DNA of 64,000 nucleotides from Isurus oxyrinchus. Its lineage: Eukaryota. The notes under the pieces are model-generated. The model searched no databases and was not told the DNA's origin. It saw only the letters and a program-made list of their open reading frames with translations. How positions within the stretch are numbered: position 1 is the stretch's first letter; each line of letters opens with the position of its first letter. Positions 1 through 13,025 of this stretch are shown piece by piece. The stretch spans positions 143,220,001-143,284,000 of the forward strand of contig JANJGN010000007.1 in NCBI GenBank assembly GCA_026770705.1, read 5' to 3'. The position numbers and the translations under genes are program-made.

Positions 1-185
1 AGAATGTACTAGAGGCAAGTTCAATCATGGCTTTCAAAAAGGAATTGGATAAGTATCAGCAGAGGAGAAAATTGCAGGGCTATGGAGAAAAAGCAGGGGA
101 GTCAGACTAGCTGATTAGCTCTTACAAAGTGCTGGAACAGACAAGATGGACCAAAGCATCTCCTCCTGCACTGTAGTGATTCTAA
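1..185 (+). mobile_element. CR1 LINE 3' end fragment
   Basis: Typical CR1 3' terminus (ttcaaaaaggaattggataagta...cagggctatggaga...cctcctgcactgtagtgattcta). It resembles the CR1 end at 51180-51370. Confidence 0.75.
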
Positions 186-1455
186 GGGTGGAATTTTCTG
201 CACCTGCTGCCGTCGGGCATCATGGCAGACACAAGCAGACAATATGGCGGGAAGCCAAAAATCAGTTTCAAGGCGTCGTGAAACCCGCTTGCAATTGTCC
301 GTTCTGCCCATCAATGGAGGGCCACCTTTTCTGCCGCTGCACGTCGGGAATTCCATTGTAATAAATCTGCATATCAATATAAGCCCAACTCACTGGAATC
401 AGCCCCCCATGCTGGATCATCCAAGCACATCGGCGTGATTGCACGCTGACATGTTTCACAACTGATCATAAGCGGCGTGCAGTTGGTGAGCTGCACTTCA
501 CTCGGGGCTTTGAGGTTTGTTTGACTACCTTGATTTGAGGAGCACTTGCAGTCATCAGCGCCAGGCTTCGGAAGCAGCAGCACAACATCACTTTTACGGG
601 GGCTCATGGACAGGTCTTTAACTACCAGACCAGCCATAAGGCGGGGGTGTCTTTAAATGGGTGCAGGCCTGTGGCATGCTTGGGGCAGGGGGAAAAGTAG
701 CCTCAGGCAAGGCATGGGCTGTACTGGAGAAGGGTCGGGGCAGCCCAGGGTGTGTGTGGAGACACATGCTGATCTGTGCAAGTGGCCTCAAGATGCCAAG
801 GGCTGAAGAGGCAGTCTCCAGAGAAGGTGAGTCCAGATGGAGATGTGAGGGTGTGTGTTAGAGAATGAGTGGTGATATCCCATGAGTTGGCAGTGAGTGA
901 AATTAATGTGTGTTGGCCTTGTGAGTATGTGAGTTTAGGGTGAAGAGATGGTTGCCTTACCTTGGTGGCATGGATAAGATCATTCATCCTCTTTCTGCGC
1001 TGGATGGAGAACCTCTTCTGTGCAGCGTTGGCACTGACCAGTTCTGCCATCGCCTCCCAAGCCAGAGTGGTAATACTGATGAGCCTCCTGTGGCCAGAGC
1101 TGGGGCAGAGAACATTGCAGTGGGCTCCAACAGTGTCCAGAAGTTGTCCCAAGTATGTGTCATTGATTTGGGGGGCTGCAGTCTTCTTGCCTTTTGGGGC
1201 CTTCCCTTCTGTGCAGCAGTCCTAGGCTGGGAGCACTGAGAGGTGTGCACTTGACTGCAGTTTAAATCTGGTGCCCAGTGTGAGGAAGTGGCAAGGTGAC
1301 AGTGTGGTGGGCGAATTGGAGGCTGCCCGCCAGTGAAATGGCGTGTATCCCAGGAATGCCTGATTACTGAGGTGGGATTGGGACGATACAGCGGGAAAAA
1401 TGTTCTCCTTTCAGCCCTCTACTGCACTTAGTGCAAATCTAGGCTGATTCCACCC
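186..1455 (-). mobile_element. Non-autonomous PIF/Harbinger element (~1.27 kb) retaining Myb/SANT exon 1
   Basis: Terminal inverted repeats (TIRs) GGGTGGAAT (186) and ATTCCACCC (to 1455). The minus strand encodes WEAMAELVSANAAQKRFSIQRRKRMNDLIHATK followed by a GTAAGG donor. Colinear with 40394-41662 and 45519-46800. Confidence 0.8.
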
Positions 1456-1716
1456 TGTGAATTTTCTGATTTGGTATATTCTATAAATATAAGTGATTTG
1501 TTCTGAATTTTTGTCATTGAGATAAAAAATCCTAATACTGAAATGTGGGGCATCCCCCTCGGCACTTGCTGTTTCTGTGACATAACTTCTCCATGTAGTT
1601 TTGCTAGTATTTTGCCTAGAATGAAATATCTGCCTTTAAACCAAATCAAATCCTGAAAAAAAGGATTGAGTATCCTTCCAATTACATTCTACCTACTTCA
1701 TGCTAAGAAGGTCATT

Positions 1717-2360
1717 GGAAGAAATTTTAACCCCAGAAATGGATGGATTTGGTTTGGGTGGGAGATTAAAAAACTACAAACTTAAAGACAAATGTAACTA
1801 GCCTTGAACCATCCAGTTCTGGTTTAAAGGGGAAAGGTTCAATCTGCCCACAAAAGGTGGGTTCAAATTTTAAATGTGTTAATATGGATTTGTTTTTACA
1901 GTATTTCTATTTTTAACCCATTGGCCAAGTTTCCATGGCCATAGGAAAAGCAACAGGTGAAAGGAAGTGAGAAGATCTGAATTGCTAAGGTAAATGTTTT
2001 TAGAATATTTCATCCAGAAGGACTGGTAGTGCTTTCTCCAGGCCTAATAAGCTACCTAGAAATTTCCCCCACAATCTGTCCACCTCACCTCAAAATTAGA
2101 ACATCCTGACAACCATCTGCTTTCCCCAGCACCAACTGCACCCCCCCCGCAAAAAGCATCTGACCCTACAATCTCTCCCAACCCCCACTAGACCTACCTG
2201 CACTCAGACCAGCTCACCTAACTGCAACCTTACATTGCTGCCCTTCTCTCCCAGCAAGCAGCCTACCTGCTAATCCAGGTTTCCTGACCATCACCCTCCT
2301 GCTCCTATCATTTCCTTCCCATCTCGAACTAATATCCATCCCAGGCACCAGGCAAAAATA
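1717..2360. mobile_element. Degenerate non-autonomous DNA transposon/MITE-like fragment
   Basis: Begins GGAAGAAATTTTAACCCC, resembling the other GGG..AAT ends here, with a C-rich interior. Ends are uncertain. Confidence 0.3.
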
Positions 2361-2639
2361 ATATTTGTTTGCTTTGCTATCATTCTAGCTTATTAGTTTT
2401 CTGAAATTTTGTGCTGCTTGATCACTGTATGAATTCCTCATTCCTGCGCGTGGCACTGTAAGACTCCATTGCTGGAATTGGTGGTTGACTTTCTAAGCAA
2501 TGATTAGCATGCGGTACAAGTGCTGATTGCAGATACATTCTCAGGTTGGACAACCAAAAGAACAATAACTTGAATTTATAAAATGCCTTAAATGTGCAAA
2601 AATGTCCCAAGGTAATGTGTGGTAAACAGAAATAAATGG

Positions 2640-3055
2640 ATGCCAAGCCAAAGAAGAAGATATTAGGAGTAGTGACCAAATGCTTCATCAGAAAGATAGA
2701 TTTGAAGCAGAGTTTTGAAAGTGGAGGGGGCAATGGAATCAACGAGGTTAGGGCAGAAATTTCAATCACCAATGTTTGGTCAAATGGAGGGAATTCACAG
2801 ACGGCTGTAATTGGACAAACAGAGGAGCATTTGGGAAGTTTTGAAGGTTGTATGTACAGTGATAGGAAGGGCAAGGCCATGGAAGGATGTAAGCATAAGG
2901 ATTTTAAATTGAAGGAGTTAGGGACCAATGAATAGCAAGGTCAGCAAGGATAATGAGTGAGCAGGTCTTGGTATGGGCATCAGAGGTTTGGATGAGCTAA
3001 GGTTTATGCAAGATGGAGGTCAGCTAGAAGAACATTGGAATAGTCCATTGAACAT
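2640..3055 (-). mobile_element. Old L2-like LINE 3' fragment
   Basis: The minus strand reads like a decayed L2 ORF2 C-terminus/3' UTR (purine-rich + strand; aaggccatggaagga, agaacattggaatagtcc). Highly diverged. Confidence 0.45.
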
Positions 3056-4902
3056 CTACCTGAAGATTCCCCTCCATACCCCAATCTACCTAAATTGGCT
3101 GGGCTGTATGGTAGAGATGCTATATTATTAGCCCTCTTCAATTGCCAAGCCACTCCAAATGTATCGATCTTTGCCAATGGTATGTCAATGAGGCTCAAAT
3201 TAAAATTGGTTGAGCCTTAGACCACTTTTATCTGCCTGATAGAAGCAGCCACATGAAAATCCCCCCGTCGAATTATTTCCCTGAGACACTTGGGCCGGCT
3301 TTTAGAGTCCCACCAGCAGTGGGCATTGTTGCAGGTGGGACGGGAAAATTTGAAGAGCGGCCAAAGATTTTTGGCCACTCTCCAAATTTTTCCGTCCTGT
3401 GACAATGCCCACCACTGGTGAGACCAAAAAATCCCGGCCTTGTTCCAAAGTTCCGATACATTTGTGGAGTTGGAAAAACTGAAACAGATGATACCAATTT
3501 TTAAGAATAAGCATTTGAGGGCCTTGTCTAAATCAGGACCATGTTTGGCTCAAAAAGCATTACCTCACAATTGTTTCTCCTGGCTCCACTATTTTCACCA
3601 CTTTTCACAGAGGAAATTATGTAGCATAAAAATGTGCATGATTTAGAGCCAATTAGTATGTATAGATCTATAATTTACATGAGGACACTAATTGGACAGC
3701 ACAACCTAACTGTGGAGCAATTTGTATCCTCTGAGAGCTGAAAACTGGCTTTGCGCTGCATTTGCGTCCTTTTAGGAGCAAATTCAACAATTAATTACTT
3801 AACTGTTAGACTCATCAGTACAATACTTCTACATATAAGGTCTAATTACTGTGCATGGATTACCATTGTTTTTCAAGTGGTTTTTATATTACGGGCATTT
3901 GCGTTATAGCATAATTTCAATTTAGGAAAGATATAGATGATACAGCAAACCAACACCTTTTCAAACTTGAATTTTAATCAAGGTCATAAATAGGTGGCCA
4001 GCGTTTCTTTTTACACTGAAGGAACGAGTTAAGAGACAAAAGGAGGATAGTGGTACAAAATTATTCAGTGCAGCAACCACAGATCTAATGAGAAATTCAA
4101 GGTGAATGTGTGTTTAAAGGAAATGTAGCTCAATGCAGCTATGGATGCTTTATCTAAGATCGAAGTTATGGCTACAATGTTAGTGCAATGCCAAAATGAC
4201 TGGTGACCTACGCAGTGCCCCTTAACTGATTTTAATATTGTCATCAAAAAGCAAGTCTAAAGAAATGTGCCCCATTTCTATGGATATCAGCCTTATTTAT
4301 ACTACGAACACAAAATGTAGAGCCATGTAGCTTGTCGACACTTGAAACCTTCAGCACAAAATGCTGTACTAGTAGTTCTTAAAAATGCACACAAGAACAA
4401 TAGACAGTGTTATTTGAAAAAGGAATTTAATTTTTTGTCCCTTTGTTTCATACACACCTGTGGGCCCATGTCTGTAAAATCATGTTCATCTTTCTCTTGT
4501 CTTCTCATTAAGAAGGTAACACACTGCAGACACCTTCACCTATCTGAAATTCACAGAAATATAGGGATGCATCTGCTGTTCAATTGTGTTCAAAAAGGAA
4601 ATCATAATATTTAGCAGTAATTCAATATTTATATGGCTGATTATTAGCAAGTTTTTTAAGTCCTCATTGCTATCCATCAATTTATCTGGCTGATTGCCAT
4701 TATGGGCTGATACTCTTGACAGAACTGCCCTAATAACCCCTTCATGCATTGTTAGCTTTAGTTCCACTCATAGTTTTCCTCAATGGAATAGCTTTAATGC
4801 TTATTGCAAGTGAAATGGTTTTTTTGCACATTTCACCCTAAAACTTATTTAATTACACTCAGTCTGTGATCTTCTGAAAAAGGATAATTAGCCATAGTCT
4901 AT

Positions 4903-5095
4903 GAGGAACCATGGGCATTCTCTCTGTTAGAGAGAGGCAAGTGGTTATCTAACTTGTGGGCACCACTCCACATCAAGCACAGTGCAAGGTGAGGAGGCAG
5001 CCCTCCATCAACCATCACAGCTGGACAAGGAATTGAACCCTCTCTGTTTCCATTCTTCTGCTTCACATTCTAATCAACTGAGTTAACTGACCCCC
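4903..5095 (-). mobile_element. tRNA-derived SINE
   Basis: The minus strand starts GGGGTCAGTTAACTCAGTTG (A-box-like) and has GGTTCAATTCC (B box; gaattgaaccc at ~5030-5040). Confidence 0.6.
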
Positions 5096-5852
5096 ATAAT
5101 CTTCTGAATGTACTAACCAACTGAAGTCCCAGTACACATGCACACCACTACATGTGGACCAGGGGAGCAAAAAAAAATCAGCAAGTAGTTAGTCATATTT
5201 TAAGATATATTCCATATGTTGTTTTATTTATAGAATATTAGTGCAGAGATTTACAGAAAATTACATTCTTCACCCAGTTGAGGCTGTGTTAGGATAGTCA
5301 ATGAGTTGCTTGAACTCCAAAGGGCAACTCGGTCTAATCCCTTGAGAGGCAAGAGCTGATGATAGCTGGCCCTGGTTCAAAACAGCTAATACCAAAGACA
5401 TGAATTGTATACCACAAGTAGTTATTTTCAAAATATTCCATGGTAGAATTACACAGAAAGCAACATAGAAACCCCAAAACTGTAAATCAGGCGAAGATCA
5501 AGGATTCACCTTTAGCTAACCACAACCAAATTAGCTGATTTCACTAAATCATTGCAAGTAGTCTAGACTTGACCCATAAATTAACCAGGATAAAGTGATC
5601 AATTCAGAGAATTCTGTGTTGTTAAAAACAGACAATGATCATGTAAGAACCAGTAACAAGTCCAATATCCTGGAATTTTTTCTCACAAACATATACTTTA
5701 TTTATAAGATTTATTTAAGTACATTACATGACTGTTCAAAGTTGACGTTACATAAAGTGCAAAAAAATCAATTTCTTTGAATGCCGCATGTTACTCACAA
5801 CTACAATTACAGTCAATATTTACAATGTTCATCACATGTCACACATATAGCC

Positions 5853-7640
5853 TGAGGGGTTTTTCACAGTTTCTAACCCGTCGCAGTACTATGGTTGAAG
5901 AGTGTTTGACGGGAACCTTTCTCCATTGTGACTTTGCAGCAGCTGCCCCAACCTTTCATGCATCCCTCAGCATGTAGTCCTGGACCTTGGAATGTGCCAG
6001 TCTGCAACACTCAGCACTGGACAACTCTTTGCACTGGAAGGCTAACAAGTTTCAGGCAGACCAAAGAGAGTCTTCCCCTGAGTTGGTGATTCTCCAGCCA
6101 AAATTGATGTTTACCTCGGCGTACATCCCTAGAAACAGCCCATATAGCACAGAATCCTGAGTCATGGAACTATGTGGGATGAACCTCGACAGAAATCACT
6201 GCATGTTTTTCCAGAACTTCTTTGCTAGTTCATATTCCAAAAGCAGGTGGACAATGGTCTCTTCCCCACCACAGCCACCTCAAGGGTAACACATGGAGAG
6301 GGTGAGATTCTGGATGTGCAGGAAAGATCTGACTGGAAGGCCCTTCTCACCATCAACCAAACTACATCTTGGTGCTTGTTTGAATATTCTGGTATTGAGG
6401 CATTCCACCAAATGACTTCAACAGTCTGTTCAGGGAACCATCTGACAGGATTCCCAACTCCTTTTCCACAGGTCCTCAAGGACGGCATGGTCCAACTGAA
6501 TAGAGGGTTCCATGGCAACATAGCCAGACCCATCCTTCACAATACTGTGGATAGGCAGAACCTCAGCACGAAGTGACACCTGGTGTTTGTGTGCTGAGGG
6601 TTTATGTACAGCTTAATCCAGCCACATATAAATGTGGGCATCTGGATGACGGTGGGTATGTTTTTTGCCACTTTGTCTAGAGATTTGTACATCATACCCC
6701 TGCAGACACAGTCCATTTTTGATCTTCAGGCAAAGCAGAAGTTGTCTTAGATGATCTTCATGGTGCAGGTTGGGGTATGGTCCAGACCTATACCACGTAC
6801 AGCAACACCAAGAGCACCTCACACCTCGCAATGGTGGGGGAGCGTCGCTCCACTTGTCCAATGTTTTTGTTTTATCATAGCTATATGCTCCTTCCAGTTT
6901 TTGGTGCATGCCTTGACAGCTCTGAACCATATCCCAAGCACATTCAAGTAGTCAGACCTGACGGTGAGGGAAACAAAGGATCAGTTGGCCCAATTCCCAA
7001 AGACCATGACCTCACTCTTGCCGCAATTTACTTTGGCTCCTTAGGCCAGTTCAGACTGGCTGCAGTTGCTCAACAATCTGCACACTGACAGCGGATCTGA
7101 GCACAAGACGGTGAACATTGTACATGTGCAGGGAGGCTTTGGCCTGAGTACCTCTACTGCCTGTGATCATCACCCTTTCTTATGCCTGCATCCTTGCTAA
7201 TAGACTTGACAGAAAGTTCAATGCAACACACGACCAAGATGGGGGTGAGAGGACAGCCCTGCCTGATTCCAGATTTGATCCGAAAGCTTTCCAATTCTCA
7301 CTCTTCGATTGAAACTGCACTGCTGATGTTTTTGTAGTTAGATCCAATTGCAGAATCCCTCACTAAATCGCATTTTGGAGTGCACGTCCATTTTGAAGGT
7401 ATGCGATATTCTGTCAAATGCTTTCTCCTGGTCCAAGCTGATGAGGCAGGGGGACACCCACCGCCACGCCCAGCTGCACATAGGCAATCATCTCCCTGAG
7501 TAGCACAAGGCTATCAAAGTTCCTGCTGCTGGGTACAGTGCACACTTAATCAGGGTGGATAACCAACTCCAGAGCAGACATGACCCGATTGGCAATGACC
7601 TTGAACAGGATTCCAAAATCCAGGATCTTTAAGAGCAAAC
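5853..7640 (-). mobile_element. Tx1/L1-clade LINE ORF2 relic (RT plus C-terminal zinc-binding region), frameshifted
   Basis: Minus-strand motifs LISLDQEKAFDRISH (~7400-7445), SGIRQGCPLSP (~7245-7275), KVIANRVMSALELVIHPD, and a C-terminal VRRAxP...GGCGGEETIVHLL region. Confidence 0.8.
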
Positions 7641-7884
7641 CATCAGAAGATTCCATATGTGACAGCCTGGCTGAGGCTGAGTAATGGGTGCCACTCGAGA
7701 CAGGCAGCTTCACGTGCACAGTTGCCAAGTTACAGAGATTAATTTGAGTGAGCTCCAATATGTTTTAAAATGTTAGGTGCTAAAATCAAGGTTTTCATGT
7801 TTTGGGACTGATTCTGGCAATGAAATGTTTGAATTTCATTTTTTAGTTATATTTATATAATTTAACATCATACTTTGTATGAAT

Positions 7885-9388
7885 TCATTCAAGGAAGTGG
7901 CTGCAGAGATAATGAAGGCATTGATCGAAATAGCCCAGAACTCACAGGATTCTGGGAGGGTTCTAGCAGATTGGAAAACCACTAATGTGATGCCCCTGTT
8001 CAAGGAGGGAGGGAGACAAAAAGCAGCAAACTATAGGCCAGTTAGCCTAACATCTGCCGTTGGGAAAATGCTAGAGTCCATTATTAAGGAAGAAATAGCA
8101 GGACATTTGCAAAAGCTTAATGCAATCAAACAGAGTCAACCTGGTTTTGTGAAAGGGAAATCATGTTTGACAAATTTGTTAGACTTCTTTGAGTACATAA
8201 CAAGCAGAGTTGATAAAGGGGAACTGGTAGATGTAGTGTATTTGGATTTCCAGAAGGCATTCGGTAAGGTGCCACATAAAAGGTTATTGCATAAAATGGG
8301 AGCTCACAGTATTGGGAGTAATGTATAAGCATGGATTGAGGATTGGTTAACAAACCAAGCAAAGAGTCGGGATTAATGGATCTTTTTCAGATTGGAAAGA
8401 CATAACTAGTGGAGTGCCACAAGGATCAGTCCTAGGGCCTCAACTTTTTCCTATCAATATCAATGACTTGGAGGAGGGGGCAGAGTGTAATGAATCCAAA
8501 TTTGCTGATGATACAAAAATAGGTGGGAGGGCATGTTGTGATGAGAACATAAGGAATCTGCAAAGAGATATAGATAGGTTGAGTGAGTGGGCGAAAATTG
8601 GGCAGATAGAGTTTAGTATAGGAAAGTGTGAGGTCAAGAACTTTGGTAGGAAGAAACTAAAGGAAGACCATTATTTAAATGGAGAGAGATTCCAAAAAAG
8701 TGCAATACAGTGGGATCCAGGTGTTCTTGTGCATGAAACACAAATATTTAGCATGTAGGTGCAGCAAGTAATTAAGAAGACAAATGGAATTTTGGCCTGT
8801 ATTACTAGGGGGTTGGAGCTTAAAAATAGGGAAGACATGTTACAACTGTACATGGTGTTGGTGAGGCTGCACCTGGAGTACTGTGTACCGATTTGTATTG
8901 GCACTGGAGGCAATTCAAAAGTGACCCACTAGGCTGATTGCTGGGTTGAAGGGGTTGACTTATCAAGAATGGATAGAGTTTAGAAGAATGAAGGGTGATC
9001 TTATTGAAACATACAAGATTCTGAGGGGACTTGACAGGGTAGATGTTGAGAAGATGTTTCCACTAGTAGGGGAATCTTGAACTAAGGTACATAGTTACAG
9101 AATAAGGGGACACTTATTTAAAACTGAGATGCAAAGGAATTTCTTCTCTCAGAGGGCAGTGAACGTCTGAAATTCTCTACCTCAGAGAGTTGTGGAGGCT
9201 AGATCATTGGAAGTATTTAAAGAGGAGGTAGATAGATTTTTGAAATATCAGGGAGTTGAGGGCTATGAGGAGCTGGCATGAAAAAGGAGTTGAGACCTGG
9301 GGCAGATCAGCCATGATCTTATTGAATGGTGGGACAAGCTTGAGGGTCCAAATGGCTCCTGTTCCTATTTCTTAAGTTCTTATGTCCT
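7885..9388 (+). mobile_element. 5'-truncated CR1 LINE (RT domain and 3' UTR)
   Basis: ORFs contain NYRPVSLTS, VYLDFQKAF, PQGSVLGP and KFADDTK. The tail is (TCTTATG)-like. Probable TSD TATGAAT at 7878-7884 and 9389-9395. Confidence 0.92.
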
Positions 9389-12300
9389 TATGAATGTTTA
9401 GATGAAATAGCAACAGGAGGTTTCCATTTCCATGGAGAGGAGAGGCTGCCTACTGCATTGCTAATCTAAGGGCCCAACCTCATTATATCACTCTGAAATA
9501 ATGAATGGTTCAGTAGAAAGTTTGTGTGGGGGTACCTTCAAGGACTCATGCTCCTTTTTAGGCAGAAGTTTCTGTCTTTTTCTTTGTGGGGGGATTAGCA
9601 CAATTACTGACAGCTACGTAAGCTCAATATGCATAAAATGTCTCTGTTCGCACTGATTATGGCGAAATGCCCAGATTTTGTTGGTGTGTCACCCCTTTAA
9701 ATTGCCCAAGCATATTTTTTCTACAACCATTACAAGAAATGTTTGCAACACTGCAAAAATATTTGCTCTTCTGCAAAATGCACTGCTGTATGTCTGAGAA
9801 TGTAGTTTAGTCCCAGTGCGAATGATATAAAATCAGTCCCTGTATTATTTTGTATACATACTTTGAACAGCTGACACCAGAAAGTGTGACCTTTTCCCCA
9901 TTGTAATGCATTTTAAAGCATCAAGATAGCAGCCAGCATCTGGTAGCCACAAAGCAATATATTGGTTGATATTTATCATGTTGTGACCGAAGATCACAGT
10001 AAGCGCCCTTCACAAAGTGAATACCAATAACACTCTGTGTTCCTTACACAAAGCCAGCACATTTTAGCCATTGTTCATAATATGTAAGACATTGAAAGGC
10101 AACATATCACACCATCTTTAGCAGTTTAATATGTCTGCTATAGAGTCAATGTTAGGCACAAAAGACATACTCTTTTCCCCATACTTTAGATGAAAACTGA
10201 TCTCCTTTGCCAGAATATCTATGCTTAATATTTCCCTGAGAATTCCCTATATGGCTTACACTGTTTTCATTCTACAATGCTATTTATCAAATTAATATGT
10301 GCTTTTAATAGTCCCATCCTCACAATTATACTCTAATATCTTAAACAGACAAGGAAGTTTTGTCTACAATAGGAGAGCAAGCTGAGTGGAGGAGCTAATG
10401 GGTCAATCAACATCACACCACTCAGGGTCAATACAGCATTGACGTTTGAGTGGTAACATCCAAATATTACTGGTTAGGTAACATGATAAAGGTGCTGGGG
10501 ATTAAAACAGATTTGACCAGCCCAGCTGTACAGTGATGGACTGCACTTCTAATTGATGTTTTCATTAGTGTGAAATTTATGTTCCACTTTCTCTCTTTGA
10601 ACCTGGCTATTCATTTGGAAAGTCAAAAAAATCGAGATCTCCTTCCTAATGAGGCTGGTAAACAGACAAGAATTATAAATGCATTTTTTTACATGAATCC
10701 AAAAGGTGAAGCTTACACTTTCATAGATATACCTGAAGAAAATAAATCTGTGCAAATTTACTATGATATATATGGCTGCAAAAATATTGAGTACCGACTG
10801 CTAACTAAATACTTATTATTTTACACTTAGTTTATCTTGGATCCCAATGCTAGCAGTTCGTGAGGATTGTGAGAATTATTGTTTAAAGTGTGCTGAAATG
10901 TAGCTGAAATTATGGGGTGAATTCTCCCAAGCCTTGGGCCTTTTATACCATAAACATATATCAGAAAATCTACAATTTCTGATGTGGGCTGGCCATATGC
11001 AAAGTTCTGGCAATTGTGTTGGGCCTTGCAGCGTTTATCTTTGTAGTCTGGAAGTTACTGTTGTTCATGTTACCATATGAACATTTAACAAACAATATCA
11101 AGTTCATTTGTTATTTTATTAGAAGGTTATTTCAAACAGTTTAATGGCGCAATTGAAAAAGGACAAAGAGGAATTTGAAGCATTTTGAATGTACATTAAT
11201 ATCGTTAACTGTACTTACCATCCTTTGATACAGTTAATGTATCAGAGACTTGAACAATACACACTGGCCAATAACTTCACCCCAAGGCTTTTCTGGACTT
11301 TTGTGAATACAATTATCTTGATAATCATTTGGAAAAAAAATAAGAGTTATCTAAATAGTAACATTTAAGTATGAATAACTAAGTTCAGACAGAAATCTAT
11401 TTGTTGCACTGCTTAACCCAGGTGCACTTTTTTGGATGTGATGCCATTATAAACGTAAAAATAATATCCTTTTGGGCATTTCAAAGAAAGACACAACAGA
11501 CTGCATCGTTTGTTCAGGCATGTGATCTCTCATTGGTAACTTTCACTTCCATTGATTGCATTAGGAAATCGGAAGCTGGTTCCATTACACGTACAATCAG
11601 AGCTCACTAAGGGGTAGTCAGAAAACACTGAGACACTCAAGAGGTTCAGATGATATTAGCATTATCTGCACAAAAATCTGTACTCCAAGTTTGTGTTAAT
11701 AGCTCTATCTTCCACCTACCTATTAATTTTAATAACACTATAAATTTCATTGTGGAAGCAGAAAAAATCAGGCACTGTGCACTCAGCAATGCCCAATAAT
11801 CCTACATTGCAAAAAATTAGCTACAATCAATGACACCAACATGTTACGATTACTAGAACAGCATCTGCTAGTGCTGCTTGCATCTCATCACTGGTATTAG
11901 GGTGGTGTTTGACATTCTTTTCTGAAAAGCAATGTAAATGTTTTGTACATTTTGCAACTTATGCGACTGCAATAGGATTCTGTTGCTCCAGAATAAAAAT
12001 GCATCCTAAAATTTAAATGGTGAGCCAATAATTAAAGATAAACATTTTAGCCAATGAAAAAGAAACCAACAAAAATAATACATTTTGCATCAGGTTTAAA
12101 CAGCTAATAAAAATGGTTTGTTATTAAACGAAAAAGCAAATCAAAGAAAGACCAGTACAATAATTAGATTTATGAAATAATTGAATATGATCAATATTTA
12201 GTTATTGGGAAATTAAATGATCAGGGATCGCCTCTTATTCTTACATAGCATTTCCTTAACTATAATGTACAGCATATTGTATTGCTGAATTCAGGAACAC

Positions 12301-12988
12301 TATCTGATATAACCTTATTGATCACTTCTTGTAAATTATTTTGCTATTTTGTTCAGAATGACAGTTAAACAATTATTTAAATGAAGCGCTGTTGATAATT
12401 TACTGGACACTTGACTGTTAATGTACTATAATTCTTTACAGTTCCTTCACTCTTTACATTCCATCCCTTTAGGGAAAAACTCAGAGACCCATTTCTCATG
12501 ATCAATTATTTTATTTTAGTCATTTACAACTGAAGTGAGAATCTGCTGGTTGTGAACGCTGAAACACTTCTACGTGTGCTATATTTTTCTGGATCGCAGA
12601 ATGTTTCAGTACACTGAAAAATTAGGGCATTTACTAATTTAACTAAAAAGTGTAGTTGAAGGAGGGATGAAACTAAAAGATGTTGAGGAATACTTTACAT
12701 TTTGCAGTCTACTTGTAATTAGCAGCAAATTACTGCAAAAGAATGATGCTGTTTTTGTTTGAAATGGATTCTAAACACATCTGACAAAGCTGTTACTCCA
12801 TTAATAAACCAGTTACATAAGTATCAGTGGGTGCCCTGAATGCTTTGCTTGTAAAACAAGAGATCACCTTGGGCAGCTGCCCTGTCTCTGCCGTTGTACA
12901 TGCACTCGGAGCTGATCAGCAGCCATTGTGACAACTTCATTCATCTGCCACCTGCTAGCTGTCAATCAGAGCACAATCCTGAGGTCAC

Positions 12989-13025
12989 TGACAAGACTTC
13001 AAGCCGGCTTGAAATGCACTTGTCA
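12989..13025. repeat. Palindrome/inverted repeat in unique DNA
   Basis: Perfect 16-bp palindrome TTCAAGCCGGCTTGAA (12998-13013) flanked by TGACAAG and CTTGTCA. Confidence 0.7.

Noticed and set aside
10549-10830. Overlapping short ORFs with splice-like signals
   Set aside because: AT-rich, no recognisable protein, and no consistent exon chain.
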